From assembly GCA_964057225.1 (NCBI GenBank), contig OZ059896.1, forward strand, positions 9,672,001 to 9,736,000: DNA of 64,000 bases. The letters are read 5' to 3'. A program made the position numbers and the translations under genes. The notes below the pieces were generated by a model. That model was not told the origin of the DNA and did no database searches. It saw only the letters and a program-made list of their open reading frames with translations. Source of the DNA: Auanema rhodensis (Eukaryota; Animalia; Nematoda). Of the stretch, positions 1 through 13,219 are shown piece by piece (the first letter of the stretch is position 1; each line of letters opens with the position of its first letter).

Positions 1-31
1 TATCTAAAGAATATTCGAGAATGGAAAAAAA

Positions 32-2144
32 ATGATATTATTAGTATTTTTAGTCTTGCCAATTATTTTTTTTTTCAGCAGCACTGAGCTGGCCACAAAT
101 CCGGAGAATTATCGATGGTATTTTCCAGTATTTACAAACAGTTCTCTGTTATTACATTCATCACTTATGACGGGATTTTCTTCTCTTCTAGCTTTGGAAC
201 TATTTATAATTTTATTAGCTTTGATTGTTAATTCAGCTCTAATAGCTGCTCTACGATCATCAAGTCTCATCCATATTAATCTAAAACTAATTTGTATAGC
301 ACATTTGGCCGAATTCTATTTTTTGGCCTGTGCTCAAATAGTTTTGATATGTTATCAATCTGGAATTATTACTGATACAGGTAATTTTTATATTTTTTTA
401 TTATTTAGAGAATAATATTAATTATTAAATATACATTTGTATATAAATATATAGAAAGTTTACTATTAGGTCAATAAACTATTTGTCAAGTCCCTACACA
501 TATGTGTATAGGTACATGAGATACATTTCTATATAATATTAAACAAATTTCTTGAATTTATATTAATTTATTTGACTTTGAGTCGCAATAATACAACATT
601 TTCAAATTATTACTTATTTAGTCCTTATATAAATACATACATATAAAATTTGTGGGAAGGTTTTTGGCTTACAACAAGCTTTCTATCTCTCTGTCTCTCA
701 GCCTTTTGGTCTCTGTTCTGCCGATTCATCCGCTTACTTGGCCTTTTAAGTTTGATCACCAAATTATTTGTAGTACTATACTTTTGAACAAAAATAGCGA
801 AATTGGTAATTCAAACTGAAAAATGAATTTTAAGTATATGTATATGTATTAATGACTTTATTAATAATAAAAGAAGTTTTCTTAATAAGAAATATATCAA
901 ATAAAGTTGTTTAATTTCAGATTCTTTATATCATGATGTATGTATAACTTTAACTGGGCTTTGTAAAGTTCATTATCTTTGGTCGATTGTGCTTGTTCAA
1001 GCTGCAACAGTTTTTGAAAGAACAGTGGCTACTAGACATATTTCAAAATATGAGGTTAATCTATTAATAAATATTTAATATTTAACATATATTTCTAGGT
1101 TATGAAAGGAAAACATGTTGGAGTCATAGTTTGTATAATCAAATTCGCATTATCTTTAACTATTTCTCTAACTATACTCTCTCTACGATTACGGTTTTCA
1201 GTAGTTTCAATACTTCTCATAGCTGTTCTAACTATATTAGCTGCGGTATTCAATCTAATATTTAACATATCTTAATATTTTTAATATTATATTTCAGTGG
1301 TATGTTATATTAATGAAGAAAAATCGACGAATATTAGCAGGATGTACAGTAGCAATGTATTCTCTTAGTTCAAAATATCAAGTAACAGAAAATATTCGAA
1401 TTTTAAAGGTTAGAGAAATATTATAACATTTTCTTTTATATTTATATGTTTAAGCTTGTTCGAAATTTGTTTATTCTGGATACAACAGCTTTGGTTCTTA
1501 TAATGGGCTCAATGGCCATAATACGATCTTTTCCATCATTTCTATATGTTCATCCGTTTTTAGTTATTGCTTTAGAGATTATGATGGCAGCGTAAGTTTA
1601 TTATAAAAATTATTTTTAAAAAAAATTAGAATTCATATAAGAAAACGAAAAAACTTTAAGAAATTAATGATATTATTCGTAATCTTATCTTAGAAATAGA
1701 AGCTAGGGGAGCGAAGAAATAAGTATTATATTATGAATAAATTATAATTTTGAACATTTTCAATATTTTAACTAATATTATTAATTTTAATTAATTCTAT
1801 ACTTCATTTAAAAATTCAATAAATAAATAATAACAAAACATTTAAAGATTAATCGGATTAAAATATAAATCTGACCTTTAACTATTTAGACAAAAAAAAA
1901 TGATATATGTAAAGAAAAATGAATAATTTCTGTTCGATTAAATCGGCTTTTTAGATTTCCATTGGAAATGCTGGTAATTGTAATGTGGGATTCAAATAAA
2001 CGAATTCGGATGGCGAATCGCTTAGATCAGCGTACAAGGCAAAGGATGTATTCTAACATTGATTATAATCTTTGGGACTCAGCAGAAGAATCATTAATAT
2101 ATTTCAAACAATTAAATAGTAGCTGGAGTAAACAGCGTCAATAA
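32..2144 (+). CDS. Serpentine chemoreceptor GPCR, Sre-like (Sra superfamily); about 6 exons, 5' end uncertain
   Basis: Exons about 32-380, 922-1054, 1099-1245, 1298-1408, 1455-1591, 1955-2144 encode hydrophobic helices with IHINL, FERTVAT...KYE, YSLSSKYQVTENIR and the C-terminal YFKQLNSSW typical of Sre receptors. Confidence 0.8.
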
Positions 2145-3027
2145 TCTATATTTAAAAGTAATATTTTATCAAATTATTAGATTTTTTTACATATATATGT
2201 ATATGCAGCTTTGTTTGTTTGTTTATTTTTTTATCCAAATTATTTGTCAAATTCTTTTTATCAAAAACTATCAAATTTATTATTCCTCTCAAGCAATATC
2301 TGAATTTATTTCTTGGAAAAGCCTTTCATATAAGTTTGCAAAAACTGTAGGAATTTTCATTTCAGAGCGGGTACTGTTCCAGAATGGGTTTTTGTATGTA
2401 AATACTAAAAAGTGGCTTTAAACACTGGTCTATTAAATATCATTTTTATATATAATTTGTATTTCTTTTTCAATAAAGATGTATTTTATCAATTTTTGTT
2501 TTTATTTTTTTTTCAAAAAATAATAATAAAAAGAATTAAAATTAAATAAATATCTAATACATACTACATACATTTGTATATTTGATTGAGCAAAATTTTA
2601 CTAAATAAATGCAGAAAAATCAGTATCAGTAGTGTCATTGTTCAACCAATATGTTCCGTTTTATTGATATTTATTCATATATTTATATGTAAGAGAATTT
2701 AACATGTTTGGACAATGAAATAAATGATCTGTTTCGAAACAAATAGAGAACCTGACTTCCGCATTTATTAATGCAATTCTATGTTTGTACCTCTGATTAA
2801 ACATTTAAATCAACGAGATGTTCAAAGAAAAAATCAAGAGATCAGAAACTGATAGAAGCAGCAAACGAAGAGGCTATACTCATTGTCAAAGATGGGGTGA
2901 TGATGACAGAAAACTATCATCAATTCTAGTGGTGCAAAGAGTCTGTGATATTCGACTATCAGTTTCTACTATCAACAGTCATTTTTGAAGGATATCTTGA
3001 TCAGTTTCTATTCATAGAGTATAAAAC

Positions 3028-3156
3028 TATTTCTCTCTCTTTCGCTATTTTCCTCTCTCTTTCTCTCTCTTTGCCTCTCTCTCTTTCCTCTGTCTCTCTC
3101 TTTCTCTTTCTTTCCCTCACTCTCTTTCCACTGTCTCTCTCTTTCTCTCTCTCTCA
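3028..3156. repeat. Degenerate (CT)n / polypyrimidine tract
   Basis: About 130 nt of CT/CTT repeats; source of the spurious ORFs 2945..3169 and 3008..3280. Confidence 0.9.
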
Positions 3157-4728
3157 CATAAATTCCTAACCTATCCTTCTGTAGCATTATATATTTCTTC
3201 ATTTTTCTCAATAAATCTTTCCGATTTCTTTTTTCCTTCAAGTAAAGACTAACCAATTTTTCGCTTTTTGTTCTTTGCATCGCTCTTTTTTAATATCTAT
3301 CTCTCCCTCTCTTTACGTTAGAACCCCCCTTTCTCTTTACTTAGAAATCATCATTTATTGGCAACATATCATTCCATCATTGATTTCAGAATCCCAGGTT
3401 TATCCACCTTTAACCATCATTTCCCAAATGATAGTTCAACATGAAAGACTAGATACAGATAAAAGCAAATTTAAAACTTTTTTTTTTTAATATTATAATA
3501 ACATAAAGTTATGATAAACAAATATAATTTTATTAGTTGTAATATCGTCTAACACATAAATCGTTGTTAATCAGATCTGTATACCAATTACGTAGTACTA
3601 AAATTATCATTTTGATCTTCTCTTTGAAAACTTTCATTAATCCTAAAAAAAAGAACAAAAAGAATTGAAGTTCAAGGTCGTAATCAACCTAAATACTTTT
3701 ATGACCATTAAAAATTATAAAATGATATTATTATTACAACACATCAACCTTTTCCCTTCTTCATATCCTTTATTGATCTTAAAAGGATAAACGGGCTGAT
3801 AATGGTGATATGTATATAAGAGAGGATTCGATCAATATCAGATCAGAAGTATTCATCTTATTCTAAATTTTACGGCATATATGTACATCTTTCAAAAAAT
3901 TATGGAACCCTAACGTTCAGCTAAAAGATGGTGAAATCATTTTAATAGGTTGAACTAACCAGCACATAGATCGCACCAGTTTTAGTTTCTCTTCTGGAAT
4001 TTCTTTGTTTCCCATTTAGTCGATTTTTCTTCTTATATTGTAACATGTTAAATACTTTTAAATTGTATGCCAGTTACAGATTGTTTGATGATTTGATTTC
4101 TCATCTGATACATCTTTTTCTGAAATATGATGATGATGATAAAATGATTTGAAGTACACAGTCTGACAGGTCCTCTACCACATCTCATTGCAACTTTTAA
4201 TTTGAAAATTTGAATTAAAACAACACCATTATCACCGAAAAAAAACGATTTGATTTTGATTAAAATCTTGTTTCATATTTTGTTTTTTAAAGAGCATTTA
4301 ATCTTCAATATATCTGATAATTCAAAAATGAATTCTTCCGTCCAATTTCGGTTTACCTGTCTACTAATGATTTCCGTTTGATTCTGTATCACAATGCACA
4401 CCGACTTACTAAACTGGTTCTACTCTTGTTCGACCATCAACTAACCACAGAATTGATTCGTTTTCTCTGTTCTAATACTATTATTTTTCTAAAAAAAGAA
4501 ATATTTTTGACAAAAGTTCATGCTCGTGTACAGAATAACCCGACTTTCGACTTCAAGTTATTAATGCTCCCATGCCACCCCTCCTTTACCGCTTTCTGTC
4601 TTAGTTTACCTTTCTTTCAAATACAAATTTTTTTTAATAAACTTAGTTATCATCGTATTATCAGAAAAAACACTGCAATACACATTGTGTCCAGTACCAA
4701 TTAAACTGTAGTCCTGAATGATTATCTT

Positions 4729-7375
4729 ATGTCACAGCCAGGAGCATCGACCAGTTCGCAATCGTTAGAATCACCAGGTATGATATTCATCTATTTTTAT
4801 AATTTCTAACTTCTTATGGTTAGAATTATTAATTATTGATTGATTATTAGTTAATATAATTAAAAGAAAATTAATTGATTTCTATATTCACGTTTTTAAT
4901 TTTCATTTTTATTGTTGACAGCAAATGGAACGGTTGTGACATGAATTCTTATTACACACCATGTGAAGCTTTTGCTGTTCTCTCTATCAAAACCAAGCTG
5001 ATATATTTTTGTTGAAAATAAACAAACTGTATGATTACAGATTCAGAAGAGGATGCTAACGCATCTTCTGCTTCTACTTCGAATGTCTGTCTAGTGTGTG
5101 GAGAAGGAGCTGCAGCTATGCACTATGGCACTATGGCATGTGTGGGATGTAAGGTAGGCTTTTCCTCTTTATAGTGGCTTCATAATGTGCATTATTCGGC
5201 TTCTAGGAATCGTTTATGAGATATTTATTTCAGGGATTTTTTCGTAGAGCACTAATGAAAGCAGACCAACTTGAATGCTTTAATAATGGCCGATGTGTAA
5301 TTAATAAAAGTGATTTTATTCGTTAAAGTGTTTTAAAAACGGAAATTTTTATTTCAAGATTTACGAACCACATGCAGGAGTTGTCGGTTTCAAAAATGTT
5401 TAGAATCTGGAATGCAGCCCGGAGGTTGAATAAACTATTTTTAAAAATAAATAAAATTGTTTTCAGCTGTTAGACCATGCAGAGATAGCTTAGCAAAATT
5501 AAAAAAAGCAACTGTAGAACCGAGACCCCCATCAGTATGAGCTTAATGATTTCTGTTAATACTGAATATTACATATAAACTATTCCAGCAAGATGTTTCA
5601 CCACCTAAATCAAAAGAAGAATGGATGAAGAAAATGACAGTGGGTATGAGAACACTATTAATGAATCTATTGAATATCGAAGCAAAAGTTATGAAGGTTA
5701 AATTAGCTTTTAACTGTGAATTTTCATTTTTTTTTGTATTACAGGGAGATACTAATCAGGAAATAAGTACTCTATATCCGCTCAATGTACATACCCTTAA
5801 AGAAATAATGGAAAATCCATCAGTTCTAAACGGGAAACGATCTCAAGTCCATCCAAATCATATTGAAACAGTTTTAACGCACTTTACATCTTCAGATGCG
5901 TTATGAGCCATATCGAATGGCAAAAAATAGTGAATTATCAACCATTGCATACCGCCGTTTAATAGCCGCCATTGACTGGGTTCAAATGTTAGCCGAGCTA
6001 GTTGGCGAACTTGATACGAATGACAAGGTTTTAAATAATTCATGAGCATTATCTAGTTAAACTGTTCAGATTGCTCTAATCAAAAGTTGTTTCTTGCCTT
6101 TAATGGTATTCAAGTTTTCTTCACGTACCGCAGAGGCTTCCACAGATGGCGATACACTTTGTTTGTGCAATTTTGCATATGTTCCAAGACATATATCCGA
6201 AGCTTATGCCGATTCTTAGTATGTTTCTACATTTTTTGTTTATTAATGAATATATTGCAGTCATTTGAGTAATGGATTAGTTGGCAGAGTTCTTGACGAG
6301 CTGGTTACTCCTTATAGAATTTATGGTTTTCGGGAAGAGGAGATTGTATGCATATCAGCTATGATAGCATTAAACCCTCGTGAGTTCCTCTTAAAGAAAA
6401 AACATTAGTTCATACTAGTTCACTTCAGTAGCTCGAGACTTGTCTCCCGGTTGTCATACGCGCATTATGGAATTTCGAAATCGTATTCAAGATGTGTTGT
6501 TTCACATCATAAAAGAAGCTCGTATGAGTATTAATCCAGCCATTTCTTTCGGAAAAATACTTCTCTCATTGCCGACAGTTACAGTAAGATTTACCTAGCA
6601 ATTCTTACTGAATTAATAATTATTTTAACAGAGTCTTGCCAATGCTATGTGCGAAAACTTACAATTTGCTCAAACATTTTCACCTCATGCCATACCTCTT
6701 ATTACTGACTTATTCGGGTTTGTAATGCTTTATAAAATTTTAATATTATCAATGTATTTAGGTGCTTTCCTATTGAGCCTTTTCCTGATGATGATGGACA
6801 ACAGAATCTTAACTGGTTAACTTCAGATAAAGGATGTCAAACGGAAATTTCTTATAAATTGAAAAGCAAAAATGTAAGTTGTTCATTCCCTTTCTTAGAA
6901 AAACGTTTAAAATATTTAAGAAACGTCGTCGAAACGAAGATATGACTGAAGATGAACCAGAACATTTCCGCTTACTTCATCCGCCTGGAAACTTTACCCT
7001 AACGGAAATGTTCGATGATATATCGAGAGATGGAGAAAATGATGTGAGATTTGAAATACCTGTGTCTCGAACTGCAATTCATTCCGATTTATCTAGATCT
7101 TCTACGATTATCGTCAAACGTTTGGACCATTACCACCGATTTCTACATTGGCTTCCAATGAACATATAAATGCACAACAAAGCTCTACTCAATATCCGTA
7201 TCAAGCTAATGAGCACTACACTAATGGGCGAGTGCACTGGTATGCCAATGGAAATAGTTCCAACATGCCATCCACCAGTGATCAAGAATCTTATTACATG
7301 GATAATCAAGTGACTCAAATGCAACCACAATCACAACCATATTACCAAATGTCACATGAACCGCGTTATTTTTGA
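4729..7375 (+). CDS. Nuclear hormone receptor (HNF4-derived supplementary NHR), multi-exon
   Basis: Spliced C4 zinc fingers CLVCGEGAAAMHYGTMACVGCK|GFFRRALMKADQLECFNNGRCVINK|NLRTTCRSCRFQKCLESGM, followed by ligand-binding-domain exons (DWVQML...DK|IALIKSC, EEEIVCISAMIALNP) and a Q/Y/S-rich last exon ending PRYF*. Confidence 0.9.
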
Positions 7376-7698
7376 AATTTGTATTGTTCCTTTTGTTTTT
7401 ATTTTTGATAAAAATCATCACATCAAGACGGGTTTTTATTTGCCTTGTGATTGAAACTCGAGGGAAATATTAAATATAATAACCAGGAATCGCATAATAT
7501 TAGAAATTTGGACAGTTCAGCATTTAGTGAAGCTTTGAGTTAACTGAACAAAATTCACAAAATCATAAGCATATTCGAATCAATAAAGATAAACATTTTA
7601 TCGGAAATCGAACTTATTGATTCGAGACTTCTGAATTGTTTCAAAAGGATGATTGCAAGTGGGTCAAGCAACCTTTTTCGCTAGACACTTTCAGGCAT

Positions 7699-8083
7699 AT
7701 GGTGCGTTTTTCTTTAGTTCTATTATTTTTTATAATTTTTTGTTTACTTATAAAGAACAAAATTTACATATATTTCAATGCAATCTGTATAATTGGATAT
7801 TACATATTATTTATTTTTCAGAAGAAGCTTTCGAAAAAGGCTTCAGCTGATGAGCTGAGAAAAATCAACAGTCTTGTAGTATGTTGAAAAGATAAATTAG
7901 CTATATTGAATATATTTCTTTCAGACGACTCTTGGTCTATGTACATTATCATTTGCTCATTATATTGTAAATCCACTCTCACTACCTCCGGCCACAATGT
8001 TAACTGTATCTCTGGTATCTACAATAGCTTCGTTCCTACCACTTCTATCAGCATACATCAGTTTTGAAAAAAAAATGAAATGA
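7699..8083 (+). CDS. Putative 72-aa two-TM microprotein with C-terminal KKMK
   Basis: TTTCAG acceptor at 7689-7694, ATG|GT at 7699-7702, phase-0 exons 7822-7878 and 7925-8083 join in frame: MKKLSKKASADELRKINSLV-TTLGLCTLSFAHYIVNPLSLPPATMLTVSLVSTIASFLPLLSAYISFEKKMK*. Confidence 0.55.
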
Positions 8084-8469
8084 ATACTTTTTATGAATCA
8101 CAGCTTGTTCACTTGTTTAACTTGTCTCATCAATATTCAAAAAAAAGAACACTTTTTTCATAAATAATTTCACGAATGTCAATGCAGACAATACAACAAG
8201 ATAAGATCAATAGAACGACAAACGATTTTATATTAGCTAACAAAATCTTAGACATAAAGTTCATAGAACTGGCTTGAAAACCCAAAAATTAATTCAGAGC
8301 TTAATAGCATCATGTTATCTTTAGTAGATCTTTTGGTTTCTACGTGATAATGCACCGCCTCAACAATGAATAAAAGTCGAAGTTAGAAAAGAATAAACCG
8401 CATTTACATGATTCCGTCCAGGTTTCTCGATCTGTTATTTTATATTATAGCTATATCCTCTTTTATAGA

Positions 8470-9007
8470 ATGATTCGCATAATTACATGTTTGTCTCTGT
8501 GCTTCATATTAGGAGTAACTCAAGATATTGCTATAGCAGAAGTTGCCGAAGACTTAGTATTTTTACTTGACAGAGAAATTGATCGAGCAACAGAAGAAGG
8601 ATCTACTGACAAGGTATTGGTATAATAACGTACTTCTCTGAAAGACTACGTTTCAGACTGTTCAAAAGCAATACAGCCAACTACGTTCAAAATTATTGCA
8701 TCGATTTGGAAGAATTCATCATGTATGTTTTTAATGATTTAAGAACTAAAGTTTTTTAATAGCTCCATGAAATGGCAGCACCAAAGAATAAATTATTCAT
8801 CAGCGATAAAGTTCACTTGGAGTTTACTAAGCTTAAATATTATACAAGGATGTACTTGTATACGGCTAAACACCACGAGATGACAAAGCAGGTAAGTTAA
8901 CTTCTTTTTGGATATTCTTATCTTTTGCACTTCAGAGAGGTATCGAAGGATTCTACTTATTAAGGAATGTACTGCAAAATATCAAAACACTCACACAACT
9001 TTATTAA
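8470..9007 (+). CDS. Small secreted protein of unknown function, 4 exons
   Basis: Signal peptide MIRIITCLSLCFILGVTQ; exons joined by three short phase-0 GT-AG introns (8614, 8723, 8892); ends IKTLTQLY*. Confidence 0.75.
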
Positions 9008-9132
9008 CATTTTTTAAAGATTAGATTTCGTCTAAAACAATATTAAGAATTATGACATTAATTATTAAAATATCCCGTTTTTGTTAGAAATGGAAATATG
9101 GATTATAAATATCAGCATGAAATAGCCTATGT

Positions 9133-10406
9133 TAATTAAAATGAATATTTACTGTTGCTCTCTGGACTAATGTATCCAGCCTCCTGATTAGGCTCAAATG
9201 TTGAACTATAACTTTATATGCAATATTTCACAGAATAATCAAAATACCTGTCATGATAGTCTGGCTCCAGTGTGTAATTAATCTTCTTCTTGTCAAGCTT
9301 TGAATCTATTCTGCTCGCATGCATGTGTCCAAGGTGGCCAAAGCAGGCCACAACTTCAACCAAACCATTATGTCGTTCACACACCTATAGTTCGCTTTTA
9401 ACTTCCATTCGAAAAGAATTTTAAAATATTGAGAAAACATACTCTCATGAATGCGGAACAATGATCAAAAGAATATAGACGCAGTCTAAAAAAGGCAACA
9501 TACATAATAAATTTAGGAACGTTTTCTCATAATTAAACAGTTATAAGAATTGTAATTAGCACCCACAAAATCGAAATTAAACAAAAACAATATAGTGAAG
9601 TGATATATCACCTTTTTCTATGAGTATGTATACATTTCATCAACCAAACCTTCTTAGCATAACGTATTTTAGTCTCTGTGCTTCTAGTGTAGAACCGACT
9701 TGAAGTAGCTTCCTCTTTCATTTGTTTCCATAACTATCCAATTATAACTATTTAAAAATATCATCTTTAATCCTACCCGGAAATCATTGAAATTATTGAA
9801 AACGGTGCGATGTATGCGGAAAACTCCTGATTCATTTACCTTCAATATATTAAATATAAAATAAAAGAGGATATGATAATGTGCATACTAAATCCTGATG
9901 ATACTCATCCGCATGAGTGGCCAGATCAAAATAAGTTTGAAATCGAGCACTACATGAATCAATAGGGCAAACCACATTGTCAGCAGATGCCGAATCCTGT
10001 GGAATCTCATTATGTTCCTTTTCCTTGAAATTAAGAAATATTAATTAACATTACATTTCAAAAAGAACTATACTTTATGATTCCTCAGCCCTAATTTTGA
10101 TAAATATGGCCTCTGACATATATCACATTCAAATACTTGGCGGTTTCTCCCGCCTATATGAACTTTCTAAGAAAAATAATTAAATATTCTGGAAAGCGAA
10201 GAAAAACCTTTGCGACTTGCTTAAACCGCCTGGCTTGCTTAACAATCTCTATTTTTTCTTTGCTTAAATCATGATCATTGAATAAGTGACAATACAATCG
10301 ACGAGAATCGGGAAAGAGTCCATCACATAGCTTAATATTTAAATAAGCTCTTAATACAAGGAAAGAAACGTACATCACATTCTTCTTCCCGGGAATAACG
10401 ATCCAT
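9133..10406 (-). CDS. C2H2 zinc-finger protein with C-terminal MULE/WRKY-GCM1-like metal-binding domain; 3' end approximate
   Basis: Spliced motifs CDLCDGLFPDSRRLYCHLFNDH, FECDICQRPYLSKLGLRNHKEKEH, CPIDSCSARFQTYFDLATHADEYH, then HCSAFMR|VCERHNGLVEVVACFGHLGH. Confidence 0.75.
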
Positions 10407-10886
10407 TGGATAAAGTTCTTAATCAACTATGAGATTGAAACATTTTGAAAACACTCATTTAAAAATTTCAATACTGAGAACACTAGTAAAACATTAATGT
10501 TTGGCAGTGGGTCAGTTATTCAACTAATCGATAGAGTACCCAAAACTGCTCCTTGTAAACATTAAAAAAATGATTTCAACGTAACCATGAAAATTAAAAA
10601 AAATTAAAACTTGTTTCAGCATTAGAGAGTCACAAAGACCTGTCACTGAGGGTATTAATGAATAAATATAAAATTTCTAGCCAATGTTTTTTGAATTTAA
10701 ATACAAAAATCAGAAGAAAAAGTAAATGGAAATTTAGACTAATTGATCAATATGTATTATAAAAATATTTATGCATATACATTATATTCAAAGTTACTAT
10801 CGAACACGTCTTTTTTGTTAAGTTTAATTGGTATGTGGCAACACGAATTGTAAAGGCTGTAGCTTCCACCACCCATATATAACTGC

Positions 10887-11794
10887 TTAATTGCTCTTCT
10901 TGTTAGAAGAATCACTTCCCTTAAAAGAATGGCTTCACATATTTAATGACAGAATATCTAACCTCATGTTTGCTTAACTTTTCAGCTATTTGATCGAACT
11001 CTTTTTGGAGACCCTCTGCTTGCTTTTTCATAGTATCACGATCACTCTGCAGAAATAAATATTTTCCTTCTCCAAGATTAAACTTACATAAGCAGATTTC
11101 AATTCTTTTCCTAACTCTTCAATCTTTTTGTTCAATTCAGCTGTTTCTCCATCACCCTGCACATCACACAATATTATTTATATATAAACTTGAAATAACT
11201 TACAGCATTCATCAGTGTCTTGGCGGCCTTTGTTGCAGATTCTGCTTGACGCATAGCGGCTTCACCGGCAGCTTCCATTTGAGCTCCACGGTTTAAGAGT
11301 GACATTATACGCTTGATGACTCTGTACGTACATTATATTTGCCCAATATATATAATTAACTAACAAGAAAAGAAGGAGAGCAAATCCAGAAATGTAGAAG
11401 TTTCTTTGAGCACGGAACAACTTCATGAGATTGTTGGATTCGGTGCTTGCGGTGTGAATAGCTCGCTCTAATGTTTCTTCAGCAACAGAATATTTGTGAA
11501 CTTCTCTTACAGAGTCTAGAGTTAGAAATTTTTTAAATTGAGTTATAAAAAAACGATTACCGGCAAAGAGAATGAACAGTACAAACGAGAATGCATAGGA
11601 ATATATAAGAGCATGACTACTCAGTGAGGTAAATAGTCTACTCTTGAAGAGTTTGCTCCACCTGAAACAAAATTTGTATTAATTAAAGAATTATAGTCTT
11701 ACAAAGATGGTCTGATCCAAGGCAGCAAAAGGATAAAAGTGAATGCGATTTCCGCATAAAGTACGAACGCAATAATTGTCCACTGTAAAGTCAT
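10887..11794 (-). CDS. BCAP31: B-cell receptor-associated protein 31 homolog (BAP29/BAP31)
   Basis: MTLQWTIIAFVLYAEIAFTFILLLPWI...MKLFRAQRNFYISGFALLL, a coiled coil, and C-terminal KKSN ER-retrieval motif. Confidence 0.95.
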
Positions 11795-12580
11795 TTCTGA
11801 AGAAAAATAAATGTACAAGCAAGTAATGTAAAAGAAAAGTATGAAATTGATAACAACATGATAACCACCATTCAGCAGTACACACAAATATACATTTATT
11901 TTGAGAGAGAGGGAGAGAGAGAGAGATGTTGAAAGAAATAAAGAAAATAAACAATTGGACAAAGAATACCAAGTACGTACAGGAAAAATTATGTACCAAA
12001 CTGTTGGTGCAGGCATAAATAAAGCGGGAATACTCTCAATCACGAGAAACAATACTCTGCTCACGAATATAAATCAAGATACATATTTTTAATTATTTGA
12101 GGAAGCTGTAAGTACAGACCGATTATGTAGATATAACCGGACGTAGAACCCAAATGAAGAAACCAGATTTTACCACAAGAATTCTTATAAAAATATGAAA
12201 ATGGATATTCCGATAGAAATAATTCAAACAACATAAAGTTTGATAATAATCATTTACAGAATAATTTAATATCGAATTTGTAAAATGCGCAACTATACGG
12301 GAACGCGTCATTCAGAGATTCGAGCAAATGACCCGTACAACCTGAAAAAAAAACTATAAACATGTAGTTAAGAACGGGTGTGGAAAATGTTGAGCGATCA
12401 ATAAACAACTGCTATCGCAATGTCTCAAAAATATATCAAGATAAAAACGAAAACAAAGCAAATGCAGAAGAGCTGCAGTGGAAACTCAATATTTATACTA
12501 CAGCACTTGTACACGTAGATATTACACAACATTTTATGTCGTAATGGAATCTAGTTACGAAACAGGGTGACGTGTCTTAC

Positions 12581-13219
12581 CTAATTTTGGGCATATCTTA
12601 GAGTCCATTCCTTAGCTGTGCGAATGGCTTCACTCTCATTTGTTTTCCATTGTTCTGCTACATCAGTCGCCAAAGGATCCTAATTTTTTATTTATTTAAA
12701 TAATTATACTAAAACTTACTTCTGGATTAGGAGCAGAGAGAAGAGCTTGGATGGATAGAAGTACAGTTCTTATTTGAAGAGCTGGAGACCATTTATCTGA
12801 AATTGAAAGTGTTTTAAAAAAACGTTTGAAATAATTATATAAGAACCTTTAAGTATATCCAAGCAAATTCTTCCGAGTTTATCAATATTTGGATGATAAA
12901 TTTTGGTAACGAAACGCACCTAGAATATTCAAAATAATACAATGAACACTCTCTCATCTATATAAAGTTTACCTTAGGAGCTGCCATAGGATATTCCTCT
13001 GGCAAAAACAGTTCCAATTTGAAAATACCTCCAGCAAATGGAGAGTCATCAGGCCCAGTAATCATAACATGGAAATATCTCAAATCAAAACTGTAAAGAG
13101 TTATCCTGTTATGTATACCTAGCATTCTGTTCATCAGGTGAGGCAGAAATACCCGGAACTGGATCTTGCATCAAACGTTGAGTTTCCTTGATGATACGAC
13201 GTGGAAGAGAAGAAGCCAT
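12581..13219 (-). CDS. ubc-13: E2 ubiquitin-conjugating enzyme UBE2N/Ubc13
   Basis: [24 protein letters not shown]...[59 protein letters not shown]; 5 coding exons. Confidence 0.97.

Noticed and set aside
2945-3280. ORFs over the CT/GA tract (also 11691-12092, 30747-31037, 31690-32011)
   Set aside because: Low-complexity microsatellite translations; only the BAP31 first exon inside 11699-11794 is real.
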